From: Stegostoma tigrinum
Taxonomy: Eukaryota
Length of the DNA: 64,000 nt
NCBI RefSeq assembly: GCF_030684315.1
Contig: NC_081362.1
Span: 8,488,589-8,552,588, forward strand
Reading direction: 5' to 3'
The position numbers were made by a program, and so were the translations under genes. How positions within the stretch are numbered: position 1 is the first letter of the stretch; every line of letters begins with the position of its first letter. The notes under the pieces are model-generated. The model saw only the letters and a list, made by a program, of their open reading frames with translations, ran no database searches and was not told the origin of the DNA. Below are positions 51,370 through 64,000 of the stretch, piece by piece.

Positions 51370-54300
51370 AAGGATAGCAATTACCTTCCCTAAATGGCAT
51401 TGGTACACGAGATAGTTGTTTCCAACACTGGATTCTGTGATCATTATTAGATCCTTAATTTCAGGTTTTTAAATTAATTGATTTCAAATCTTCCAATGGC
51501 AGGGTATGAAGCCAGGCCCCCAGAACAATATCAGGATCTACTGGTCTAATGATAGCACCACTAGGCCATCAGCTGCCTGTCCCCAGTTACTACAACAGTT
51601 ACACTTCTCAAAGCCTACAACTAAAATGATAAATTTGAGTGTTTTATCTCAAAGTAATGGTGAATGGGTTGCTGACCTGACTTTCCTCATCAGGTCTGTT
51701 GAAATTGTTGAAGACGTCACGGGCAAGAGGTCAGTGTTTGATGTCTGTGTATCACTGCCCTCGATCTGTGCAGCCGGCGAGGGCCATTTCACAAATGGGC
51801 GACATTGCTGTGCGTCTGGAGTCACGTGTAGGCCAGATCAGGTAACGATGGGCAGTTTTCGTCCCTCAAGGGGCATCTGAGAGCCAGATGAGCTTTTACG
51901 ACAACTGACGATTGCAGTGATCGTGACAGTCACTAAGACGAGCTTTCCATTCAAAGCGCATTTACTGAATTTTAAACTGCACTACCTGCCTCCTCCATCT
52001 CTCTCTCTCTCTCCTCCTCCCCCTCTCCCTGTCTCCCTCTCTCTAACCCCCCCCCTCCCACCCCCAACCCCCGCCCCGAGCTGTTACCCAAACAGCTGAT
52101 TAGAAACACTGAGGGTGAGCTACATGACTCACACAGAGTCTTCTGCTTCTTGCAGGGAAAAGGTCTCGCCCTTGTTGGAGCTCTGTAACGCACACTGCAG
52201 GGGCTGCGGGCCACTTCAAGCAGAAGGTAAGGGGCAGGGCAGCGGGGTGGGGGATGGATTTCTGTTCCTCAGGGAGAGAGGTAGTGGTAGTAGTAGGAGG
52301 TAAAGTCACCACCGGCCCACAGGACAAGCTCTCAGTGGCCAACAAACACATCTTCATTGACAGCAACCCACCACCCATTCCTTCCTGCCATTTTCAACTT
52401 TTGAGCCAAAAGGTTGCCCACACCTTCCCCATTTCCCATGCCAATGGTACTATGGCATCGGCAGGATAGTATTTGACAACATCAAATGAGCTTTATTTAT
52501 TTACCATATTATGGGGCTGAGTTTAAGAGTGATTTGGAAGATGTCACTCTGGGCACCCTCCCCATATTATGTGACACAGTTTATGTTGAACACCCCAATT
52601 ATCATTGTACTGTGCAACTGGTGAAGAGGCAGAGGGCTCACTAGACCAACATTTGCTATTGGACAGATGAAGGACATCCAATATTACTGCATTTGGACAT
52701 TTTCTCTCTTCTTCCATTTTGTACGCAAACATCAAATTCACATAAGTAGCTGACTGAATGTCACTGGGTTCAACAACTTGACATGGTAACACACAAAATT
52801 AGCAGCACTGAAACAAATCATTCACCTTACCAGGTCATGATAGGTAGAAGCATCTTCTGACCATCCTCTCACCTTTCTTTATCTCATACCATCAATACAT
52901 TCTTTTATCTTTTTTCTCACTCTCCCTCATGTGTTTATTTAGTTTCCCCTTAAATGTTTTTAGGTTGTTTACCTTGACCGCTTCTTGTAGTAGACTCATC
53001 CTTCATTAAACGAAACAGGCTCACAATTCTGTATTGAGTATTTCACTCCCTAATTCCTCCACTATCTACAAGGCACAAGTCAGGAGTGTGATGGGACACT
53101 TGCCTGGATGGGTGCAGCTCTAATAACTCTCCACCATCCAGGACAAAGCAGCCTACTTCACTGGCACGCCATCCACCATCCTCAATGTTGACTTCCTTCA
53201 CCAGCGACACACAGCGGCCTACTGGCACTATTGATGAACTGTTAATCAAGAGACCCAGATAATGTTCTGGGGGCTTGGGTTCAAATCCCGCCATGGCAAA
53301 TATTCAATATTTATATGGTCTATATGTGACTCCAGACCTACAGTAACGTGGTTGACTTCTGGGCAATAGGTTCTGCCTAGCCAGTGAGACCCTCATCCTG
53401 TAAATGAATAGAAAAAAGTACAAGATGTTCTTCAACAATTCAAGACTCTTTCAGACAGCACCTTCCAAGCCAATGACCAAGACCATTTAGAAGGGCGAGG
53501 GCAGCAGATTCACGGAAACACCACCACCTACAGGTTCCCCTCCAAGCCACTCACCATCCGATTTGGAAATATATCGCCATTTCTTCAGTGTCACTGGGTC
53601 AAAATCCCGGAGACCCCTCTCTCATGGTACTTTGGGTACACCTACACCACTGCAGCAGTTCAGGAAGACAGCTCATCACCACTTTCGCACAAAGACAAAT
53701 GGCAATGATGCCCATATCCTGTGAAATAATATTAAGCACTTCTGCAGAACACAATAAGGGTCACTAGACTCAAAACGCTGACTGTGCTTTCCCTCCATAG
53801 ATGCTGCCAGACCTCAGAGTCATATGACATGGAAACAAACTCTTCAGTCCAACTTGTTCATGCCAACCAGGCATCATAAGCTGAACTAATCCCATCAGCC
53901 TGTGTTTGACTCACATCTCTGCTGAGTTTCTCCAGCAATTTCTGTTCTTGATATCTTCATATTGCTGAATTGCACTGTAATTTGCCAGCTTTGAAATTTA
54001 CTTGCAAAATCTTTCTTAACCAATGCACCTGGAGCTGATAGAAAATGAATTACACTGAGAATCTCTTCGGAGGACTGTAAAGTAAATGGCTTGGAAAATA
54101 AGATTTCTCAGCCCTCTGTGTAACCAAAATCATTTGAAATGTCCAGTACGTTGGGTCTTAAGTGGAATCGTTCGAGCTTAATATACCTTATGACACACAC
54201 ACACAACTGGTGGAAGTACAAATGATTACCGCATACAAAATGTAACAGGTCTGTGGGCGGTCTAACTATTAAGGCAGTAACTGCAATTGGTTTCCACAGG

Positions 54301-54449
54301 TAATGGACATTAGATTGCTAATCCCCAAAGACCCTGCAAGTACACAGGTTCAAATCTCACTGCAGCAACCAGTGAAATTCACGTAAGTGTATATAAAGAT
54401 TTTTATTGAACAAAGTGTATTTTTGAAATTTATAAGAGAGTTTCTTCCT

Positions 54450-54935
54450 GGCTAAGGCACAGTTGGGAAAGACCACTGTCTGAGGTCTTCCAGCTGCAGT
54501 TAAATGGGGATCTCTTCAATTATCAGACCCTTCTGGTGCCTCAAATGCATGCAAACATAGTATGAGATGCGAGATGAGAGATAATGGGAATTGCAGATGC
54601 TGGAGAATCCGAGATAACAAGATGTGGAGCTGGATGAACACAGCAAACCAAGCAGCATCTCAGGAGCACAAAAGCTGATGTTTCGGGCCTAGTCTGATGA
54701 AGGGTCTAGGCCCAAAATGTCAGCTTTTGTGCTCCTAAGATGCTGCTTGGCCTGCTGTGTTCATCCAGCTCCACACTTTGTTATTTTATAGTCTGAGATG
54801 CCTTCGGTTTGCTTGGATAGAGTCAAAGTCCAATGTTTCCTTGATATGCTACTGTACAGAACTGAACTACATTTGTGGCTATATGTATATGTAAAAATTG
54901 ATTCTTGTTTGAATAAAGTTAATTTTGAAATTTAA
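54450..54935 (+). mobile_element. Tx1/L1 LINE extreme 3' end containing a palindromic family A insert (54571-54787, 14-bp TSD)
   Basis: KAQLGKTTV* matches the end of the Tx1 ORF2 at 57.6 kb; AATAAA near 54912. TSD atagt(a/c)tgagatgc at 54557-54570 and 54788-54801. Confidence 0.75.
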
Positions 54936-55679
54936 ACAAAAGAAATTCACAAAAGGTGTTATGTCACCGGACAGGGCCATTTGTCCTTTGTGTCTGTACT
55001 AGCTCTGCAAGTGAGCAGCCTGACTTCGTTCCATACCGCTTCACATTATGTGAAAAAAAATCATCAATGCCCTCGTGAGTGCCTCCACCACACTTCCAGG
55101 CAGCACATTTCAGACTCAAACCACGTGTGTTGGGTGGCAAGGTTTGCTGGAGAAACTCAGTATGTCTGGCAGCATCTGATGAGGAGTCGCCGGACTCAAT
55201 GTTAACTCTGCTTTCTTCCCACAGATGCTGCCAGACCTGCTGAGTTTCTTCAGCAATTTCTGTGTCTGTTTCTGTATTTACAGTTCATTTTTCATTGAAA
55301 TGCTTCTTTTGCAAATCACTTCAGACCTGTGCCCTCTCATTCTTGATCCCTTTCCCAGCAGGAACAACTTCAAGTGAGAACAATTTCTCACTGTCTGCTT
55401 TACTCAGGCCCTTTATGACACTGAACTCAAATTCAATTAATTTAAGTGGAATTGAGAACCAGCATCAGCAACAGTACCATGAAACTTTTAGGGATCGCTC
55501 CAAAAATAGCTTCGGCTCACTCGTCCACTTCAGGAAAGGCAATATACTGTCCTTGTCTGGTATTCTGTGACAGATGCTCTCAAAACCCCTGCAAGACTCC
55601 TTCCGCAGCACCTTCCAAATCCAGCAATGCAGTTGAATCTTCACTGTCCTCTGAAATGCAGACCACTTAATTCTAGGGC

Positions 55680-56310
55680 AGTTTGGGACCAGCAACAAAG
55701 ACCATCTGGCCCATTGAGCCTGTTCCATCGTTCACCAAGATCATGGCTGATCTTTTCGTGGACTCAGCTCCACTTACCCACCCACTCACCCATAACCCTT
55801 TAATTTCTTTACTGTTCAGGAATCAATCTTTGCCTTAAAAACATTCAAAGAGTTAGCCTCAACTCCTTCACTGGGCAGGGAATTCCACAGATTCACACCC
55901 CTCTGGGTGAAGAAATTCCTCCTAAAATCAGTCCTCAATCTGGTCCCCCTTGTTTTGAGGCTGTGTCCCCAGTTCTAGTGTGACCTGCCAGCAGAAACAA
56001 CCTCCCTGCTTGTAGCTTATCCATTCCCTTCATAATTTTATATGTTTCTGTAAGAGCCCCCCTCACTCTTCTAAAGTCCAATGTTTATACTCCCAGTCTA
56101 CTCAATCTCTCCAGGTAGGCAAGCCTTCACTCAGAAATTAATCTAGTGGACCTCTTTTATACATTCTCCAGTGCCAGCACATCCTTTCTCAAGGAAGGAG
56201 ACCGAAACTGTACACAGTACTACAGGTGTGGCCTCACCAACACCCTGTACAGCTGCGGTGTAACCTCCTTATTTTTAAACTCCATCCCTCTACCAATGGA
56301 GGGCTAATAT
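55680..56310 (-). mobile_element. CR1 LINE 3' portion
   Basis: The reverse complement encodes LYRVLVRPHL.YCVQF-like sequence and a CR1 tail. Confidence 0.88.
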
Positions 56311-57399
56311 TTTCGAGTATTATTTTACTCTGCTTCTGAGAATTCTGTGTACCTTTAATACGACAAATCTAACCAGGGCAGAAACAAAAAAGTGCTGTCA
56401 CTTTGAACGCCGCTCAGCTTGCAGTGTACAATTCCTCTCCATCAAGTTGAAAACTTACACGTCAAAATAGACAATGATTATAAAGAGAGAAATAAAGGAA
56501 AAAAAAGCGGGGATAACTATATGAGTTTCGCCTTCAGGCAGCTAAACAGGTAAATTAACAGATCGGAGTTTGTGATAAGAAAATGTATAAAAACAAAGAC
56601 AGCTATTGTTCCATTTGAAAACACAGCCAACTTACTGACACCAGTGATGAGAAGCAGGTATTTACAGCCGTGATTTCTTTGGCAAGTGACATCTTATAGG
56701 AGCACAGCAATTATCTGGAAAGCTGCAAGCTTACTTACCTCCAAAAAGATTAAGTACTCCCACTTATCCAGGCCGATATTCTTGGCATACAAAATATATA
56801 CCTTCGGTAGTTATAATTTAACAAAAATAACAGTTTGGGTAAAATATTTCATAACAGTAGACTCTTTAAAGTCACACTGTTACCATTGTAAGGAGACATT
56901 ATTTTAACAGTGAACTAAAGAACTCTGGGATGCCTCTTCTGTGAAATAGCTCTCATTATTTCTCCCAAGCCACACCTGACAGATGTGGGCCAACCGTGGG
57001 CAAACATGACAACAAGCCAGTGAAACCTGAGCACAGAGCTTCTCAACAGAGAGAACACGGTGTGGGTAATGTTGTCGAGTTAGTGGTCCAGTGGTTCTGC
57101 GTAACGCAGTAGGGAAATGGGTTCGAACCCCGTTCAAATAAACAACAAAGAAGATCTATATTTTAAAGCTGGCCTGAGTTTGGGGGACCATGAACAAAAC
57201 TATCGCCAATTGTCATTAAAATCCTGATTTATTGATGGCCTTTTGAGAAGGAAATCTACTGTCTTTATTGGGTCTGGCCTACACGTGACTCCAGACTGAC
57301 TACAATGTGACTGACATTTATCTGTCCCCTTGTGAAAGAGTCAGTATAACCCCATTGGGCCTTCTTGTGCTGCCACTGATCTATGATTCTCGCTTTTTT

Positions 57400-58460
57400 A
57401 AAATTTCAAGTATGTATTTGATTCATCAAAAATATTTTATCACCTAGTCACAAATGTGTTTGGTTCTTTGGAGTGGCATATCAAGGAAACAAACAAACAA
57501 ACAGAGTTTAACTGTATCCAACAAACAAACCCAATGCATTTCTTGTTTCTGCAAGATACCATTTATGAGCATTTGAGTCACCAGGAGGGACCAATAATTC
57601 AACAAAGCCCCATTTAACCTCGGCAGGAAGAGCTCAGACGGTGGTCCTTCCCCATTACACCTTGGCAGTAGCTGCCCCAAGCTTTAGTGTGTCCCTCAGC
57701 ACGTAGTCCAGGGCCTTGGCATGTGCCAGTCTCCAACACTCTGTCAGGGTCAACTCCGTGCTCTGGAAGACCAACAAGTTTCAGGCAAATCAAAGAGCAT
57801 CTTTCACCGAGTTGACGGTCCTCTAGGCGCAGTCAATGGTTGTCTCTGAATGGCCGAGACAGAGTGGATGTTCAAAAGATGCTTCCATTCATAGGAGAGT
57901 CTAGGAACTGACGGCACAGCCTTAGAGTAAAGGGAAGAGCTTTTAGAATGGAAATAAGGAGAAACTTCTTCAGCCAGAGAGAGGTGAATCTATGGAATTC
58001 ACTGCCATAGAAGGCTGTGGAGGCCGGGTCATTGAGTACATTTAAGACTGAGATAGACAGGCTCTTCATCATCAAGGGGTTCAAGGGTTACAGGGAGAAA
58101 ACAGGAGAATGGGGTTGAGGAACTTATCAGCCATGACTGAATGGCAGAGCAAACTCAATGGACCGAATGGCCTAATTTCTGCTCCTATGTCTTATAATCT
58201 TATGTCTCAGTGCGCATTCCGGGGAACAGACCCTACAGTACAGAGTTTTGCGAAACAGAGCTACTTAGGACGAACCTCAACAAAAACCACTGCATTTTTT
58301 TTTTGGGCTTCTAGAAGGATTTGTGTGACAGTCTCAACATCCACACTCACCTTCCTTCCAACCACAGCCACTTTGAGGGCAGCATTCAGTGGCACAGATT
58401 GACTGGGCATACAAGAAAGATCTCACAAGGAGTGCCCTTCTCACCACCTGCCATGATTCT
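57400..58460 (-). mobile_element. Tx1/L1-clade LINE 3' part (zf-RVT region), interrupted by a CR1 3' end (~57850-58207, +)
   Basis: Minus strand: WQVVRRALLVRSFLYA..CCPQSGCG..ETVTQILLE..MQWFLLRF..QNSVL*GLFPG and VNSVKDAL..NLLVFQ..LAHAKALDYVLRDTLKLG..WGRTTV*. Confidence 0.82.
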
Positions 58461-59738
58461 AGCTACTAAGAGCAAAGTTGGTTGCCTGGGGTTCGTGATC
58501 TTACTATTTGTCCTTTGAGAATACATCATACATTCTTCTCAATGTTCTTTCTTGTCAGTATGTCTGTGACTCAAAATAATACATACAAGGGAAGTGAAAA
58601 TCTGCGTTTCATATTCTCACACACAAACATTACAATCTGTTTTAGTGTATTGTCTTCATCCCACCCATACTGTTAGACTTCATATTTAACCGCTGCAGGA
58701 AATCCTACAATTGAAGACATATCCAACTCCCTTGAGATTATGACAGCGTGGAGAGAAGTCTCAGTCGGGATGCTTTCAGGCGAGTGAGATAAGGCCAGGG
58801 TTCTGGATAGGTGGGTGGGCAGAGAAGATTTTGTAGAGCAGGACGGAGTCAGAGGTCAGAGAGTCTCAAACAGACACTGGCTTAGTGGGAGCCAAGGCAA
58901 AGCCTTCGACTGCACTTGACCGATGAGCCACGGCATAAAGAGCACTTAGCTCATGGGCTCAGACCTTCTCACCTCACTCCAAATTATAAAGTTTCTCCCT
59001 GTGTTCAAGCACTCCCTTCAATCTGTTTCCCCACTTTCCGAATCCTTCCACCCATGGGTACCGTTTTGCCCCCTTAACTCCTCTTGGGGTTGAAAACCTC
59101 CACTCAATGTCCTCTTCACTTTATCTTCTCCATGGAAAATAGTCCCAACTTCTCCCATCCACGTAAACAATGTTCTTTTGCCATTCCCGTTCCAAAAGCA
59201 AAAGTCAGTACAGACTATATCCTCATTTGTTAAATATAAACATGAATACTACCAAATAATCAGCAACAACTTCATTCAACCTTTAGCTTCTGGCATGTTT
59301 TGTTGGCTCATAGTCAGTCAGTGTTTGTGCAGCTGTTGTTCAGGGTTAGGTAGTTCAGTTGGTTGGATGGCATTGCAGGAGTAATGCTAACAGCAAGGAG
59401 TTCCATTCCTGCAATGGCTGATGTCACCATGAAGGTCCTACCTTCTCAACACTGCACCCTCGCCTGAGGTGCTGTGACCGTGAGGTTAAACTCACCACCA
59501 GTTCTCTCTCTCTCTATGACAGCATGGCCTTCGGTCCGGGACTATAGCTACTTTACCCGGTGTACTTAATGCAAGGGCTGACACCCTTTACTTTTACACA
59601 GTAGACATGAAAGGCTTCTCTCTTCCCTGCACCAGCTCCCACTTTAAAATGACCCCACCCACCAAAAAGTATTTGGACACCCAGAAAATGTTCTCATCCC
59701 AGCAACACCTTAAGAAGAACCCAAAAGAGCCTTAAGGA

Positions 59739-60044
59739 GGGCGGCACGGTGGCGAGCACTGCTGCCTCACGGCACCATGGACCTTGGTTCAATTCCCCCC
59801 ACAGGTGACTGTCAGAGTGAAGTTTGCACATTCTCCCTGCGTCTGCGTGGCTCCTGCCGGTGCTCCGGTTTCCTCCCACAGTCCAAAGACGTGCAGGTTA
59901 GCTGGGTTGGCCATGCTAAAGTGTCCAGGGATGGGCAGATTAAGTGGGTTATCGGGGGATGGCTCTGGGTGGAATGTTCTGGGGACTAGTGCGGGCTTGG
60001 TGGGCCAAAGGGCCTGCTTCCACACTGATAGGATTCTATGATTC
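59739..60044 (+). mobile_element. HE1 SINE
   Basis: gggcggcacggtggc head, V-domain and tail. Confidence 0.9.
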
Positions 60045-60759
60045 AAATAAGAAAATCTCACAAATGTTCATACTCTTCCTCCCTCTCATTAATGTCATTG
60101 AACCATCACATTCTTGTAATTGTTTCCTCGACAACACAATTTGCAAGTTCATTACAAGATTTCCATAATGCGGCCATTTGACAGCATGAGGCATACACAT
60201 TTGATATTGCTCAGGAAATATCGGTACTTCTGAAATAAAACAACTGAAAGCATCCCAGTCTTGAAAATGTCAAGTACCAGCGATCCAGTAGACAAGGTGG
60301 ATGGTCTTACAAAACCAAACTCAAGTGTGCATCGACTACAAACTCTGAAACAAAGCTTACCATAAGTTAATTAAGTCACAATGAGACAGCAAATTCAGGG
60401 GATATTGAGAGATGAAACAGTACAATAAAGAAGACAAGTTCACAATCTAAACATCATCTTCAGAACGCACAGCACTCATTTTTCTCATCAGTATCATGCA
60501 AAACATATCGAGAAACCACTTCACACATAAAAATCAAGGCTAGAATTTCTGTGACACTTCTCTTAAATAGGAATGCAAAATATAAATAATTTACCCCAAT
60601 GGCGTTCTGAGCTCTGGATGTGAGTTTCCAGCTGGTACCCTGCAACGCAAACAGAGCTCGTTCCAACACAGTACAGTACAACTTACAAGCTGAATTTGCA
60701 GATCCCAAGGTTCATATTGACAAGCAGGAGAAAACCATTTGCACCTTCCGCTGTGACAG

Positions 60760-62700
60760 GAGGGGTTGCAAAGGAAATTCACCAGGATGTTGCCTGCGAT
60801 GGAGAGCTTAAGTTAGGAGAAGAGGTTGGATAAGCTTGGGTTGTTTTCTTTGTAGCAGAGAAGGCTGAGGGGAGATTTCACACAGATATATAAGATTATG
60901 AGGGGCATGAACAGGATGAATAGAAAATACTGTTCTGCCCTTTAGTCAAAGGGTCTAAACAAGGGGAGATAACTTTAAAATGAAAGGCAGCAGGTTTAGA
61001 GAGGATGCAAGGAAAACCTTCTTCACCCAGAGGATGGCATGGATCTGGAATGTAATCTGGTTAACCTTTGCTCATAGAACAATCTCTCCATACCAAGGAT
61101 ATTCTGAGTAAATCTTCTCTGAACTAGTTGAGCCGGTTAGGCCTGTACTCATTGGGGTTGAGAATAATGAGACCTTATTGAAACACACAAGATTATTAGG
61201 AGGCATTACAGAGTAGATGTGCAGAGGTTTTTACTGGGAGGATAATTCAGGCAGAAAACCTCAAACCTTTAACAAGTGCTTGGATGAGCACTCCAAGTGT
61301 CATAACATTCAGGCTACAGGCCTGATGTGGGAAAGTGGGACTAGTACAGACAGTGGCTTATTTTTGGCAGTAGAGACTTGATGTACTGTATGATTCTATG
61401 ATTTGGAAAATTTGGAAACATTTTGCTCCTTGGAGAATGGTCGCATAATGCAGCTGTTTCATTCTCAGAAGAAGCCCAATAAATGACGCAGTCCTCCAAC
61501 TTTCAGATCCTTGTTTAAACACCAGTCACTGCCTGCCACACTACACAGTGCTGAGATCAAACTAACTTAGTTTCCAGTCCCTGCTACCTATCAGAAACCA
61601 GGCATTCAGGTCAAACCACGGGACACTGAGCCATCTCAAATGCTCCAAATAACCATGCTTCGTGTGTTCAACCTCTGAGTGAGGTGCACCAATTTTGTGT
61701 GACTTTAGTGGCTACTGAGGCCAGGTCTGAGGCTTGTTGCCAAGTGGAATCAGTGCATAGGGACTTGGTCATATGAAAATCACATGCACGAGACCCTAGA
61801 TGATACTTATTAAAACTATACAAGGCGCGAGTAGGACAATGGCTGGAATACTGTGAACAGCTCTGGGACCCTTATCTGGGGGAAGTTAGACTGGCATTGG
61901 AGGCAATCCAGACAAGGCAGATGTTGGGACTGTTATGGGCACAGACCATAAGAAATTGCAACAGGAGTGGGTCATTGTGCCTCGCGAGCCTGCTCTGCCA
62001 TTCAATGTGATCATGGCTGGTCCAACATTCCTCAATCCACTTTCCTGTCCTTTCCCCATAACTTTTGACTCCCCGACTGATCAAGAATCTAACTACCTCA
62101 GCCTTAAATACTCACAAGGACGAGTGGCTAAGAGTTCCAAACACACTCAACCCTCAGAGAGAAGAAATTTCTCGTTATCTTAAATCGGCACCCCTTCGTT
62201 CTGAAACTATGGCATCTGGTCCAAGACTCTCTAAGAGGGGAAACATCCTCTCAGCATTTCCCCTGTCAGACCCCTTAAGAATCTGATATGTTTCAACAAG
62301 ATCACCTCTCATTCTTCTCAACTCCAGTGAGTAGCGGCCCTGCTTGTTGAACCTTTGCTCATGAGACAGCAGCCTCACCATCAACAGCACCCCGACCAGC
62401 AATAGCTTAGTTATTTCAGTTGTACAGGTAGACTGAAGACTGAGAGCATGTCTGACTGTAGTACTTAAAATCATGAGGGGTCTGAACAGACAGGAATGGG
62501 GAGAAAATGTTCTGGCCCATGAATGGATGGAGAACAAGGGGGCGCAGGCAAAGTAATTCAGAGAAGAAGCAAAAATGTCACGAGGAATATCTTTTTCGGC
62601 GCAGCGAGTGGAATGCTCTGCCTGAGCGTATGGTGGAGGCAGGTCCAATTGAGAAGAAACTTGGATGGTTATTTGAAAAGGAACGATGAGCAGTGAGAAA
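60760..62700. mobile_element. Cluster of CR1 fragments in both orientations (~60760-61400 +, ~61800-61925 +, ~61945-62365 -, ~62430-62700 +)
   Basis: Repeated RR(L/M)RGD and YSLE motifs and CR1 tails. Confidence 0.8.
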
Positions 62701-62954
62701 AGGCAGGAGAACAACACTGACCGAGGCACTCATCCAGAGAGACACTGCAAAGATTTGAATCACCTCCCTCTCCATGATAACAGTTCGACAATTCACTACA
62801 TGGCATTATGACAGATGGTTTCAGAGACCAATACACAGAGATCTTTTGTCGTTCTGTGGTGCAGTTATCATTTCTACATCTTCGTAAGGGCAATCCCAGT
62901 TAGTGCAAAGACTAGCAGCAAGTCTCACCGCAGTGACTGCTTTAGCACATAGGG

Positions 62955-64000
62955 TCACTGGGCCAGACAGCATGGAAATGGACCCTTCAGTCCCAACCAA
63001 AATCCCAAATTAACCTGGTCCCACCTGCCTGCGCAAGGTCCACGTCCCTCCAAACCTTTCTGGTTCATGTACATTTTTCAAATGTCTTTTTAACAGCATC
63101 CACCACTTCCTCAGGAAGTTCGTTCCACCCACGAACCACCCTTCGTGTAAATAAAAAGTTTGCCCTTCAAGTCCCTTTCTCCTCTTTAGGGCGGCACGGT
63201 GGCTCAGTGGTTAGCACTGCAGCCTCACAGCACCAGGGACCCGGGTTCAATTCCAGCCTCGGGTGACTGTCTGTGTGGAGTTGACACATTCTCCCTGTGT
63301 CTACGTGGGTTTCCTCCGGGCGCTCCGGTTTCCTCCCACAGTCCAAAGATGTGCAGGCTAGGTGGATCGCCATGCTAAATTGACCATAGAGTTCAGGGGT
63401 GTGTGGGTTATAGGGGGATGGGTCTGGGTGGGATGCTTCAAGGGGCGGTGTGGACTTGTTGGGCCAAAGGGCCTGTTTCGACACTGTAGGGAATCTAATC
63501 TAATCTAGTTAAAAATATGCCTCGCCAACTTGAAATTCCTGACATGCCATTCAGTTATCTATACCACTCATGATTTTATAAATCTTTATAAGGGCACTAC
63601 AAAGAAAAAGTCTTAGTCTATCCAATCATTCCTTATTGCTCAAACCCTTCATTTGCAGCCACATCCCCGTAAATATTTTCTGAACCCTCTTCAGATTAAT
63701 AACATTCTATAGCAGGGTGGCCAGAACTGCACACGGTACTCCAGAAGAGGTCTCACCAATGTCCTGTACAATCTCAGCATCCCAACTCCAGCACTCAAAA
63801 CCGAAAGAACTGCGAATGCTGTAAATCAGGAACAAAAACAGAAGTTGCTAGAAAAGCTCAGCAGGTCTGACAGCGCCTGTGAAGGAAAAAAAAACTCAGG
63901 CATAATTTCGGGTCCGGTGACCCTTCCTCAAGGTCTGAGCAATAAAGGCAAGCATGCTAAATGCCTTCTTATCCACTCTGTCAACATGTCCGATGCACTG
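62955..64000 (-). mobile_element. CR1 3' portion with nested HE1 SINE and family C Penelope derivative (~63797-63930)
   Basis: The reverse complement encodes LRLYRTLVRPLLEYRVQFWP-like sequence; the nested inserts interrupt colinear CR1 sequence. Confidence 0.85.
63189..63507 (+). mobile_element. Young full-length HE1 SINE
   Basis: gggcggcacggtggctcagtggttagcact (A box), gggttcaattcc (B box), V-domain and (aatct)n tail. Confidence 0.95.

Noticed and set aside
63189-63260. tRNA-like A and B boxes
   Set aside because: These are the Pol III heads of HE1 SINEs, not tRNA genes.

Overview
This is non-coding-dominated vertebrate DNA, almost certainly from a shark or ray, judging by about 10 HE1/V-SINE copies, Deu-domain SINEs and HER1/CR1 LINEs. 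An orectolobiform shark is plausible but only inferred. It reads as a large intron or intergenic tract, roughly half of it recognisable retroelement debris: CR1 LINEs, a second CR1-clade family, Rex1/Babar, Tx1/L1, SINEs and a probable solo LTR. It also has a 30-bp minisatellite, microsatellites and a 182-N assembly gap. I recognise no host protein-coding gene. Most ORFs in the track are repeat-derived or chance; a few minus-strand candidate exons are reported at low confidence. The most striking system is a Penelope-like (GIY-YIG, Neptune-type) retroelement at ~27.9-29.2 kb plus more than 20 short derivatives of Penelope-type terminal repeats from about five sequence families. Most retain all or part of a minimal type-I hammerhead ribozyme (CTGAnGA-A-stem II-GAAAC-GTH, loopless palindromic stem III). 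Many are head-to-head palindromes flanked by 12-16 bp target-site duplications. Repeat boundaries were read by eye and are approximate unless a TSD is given.
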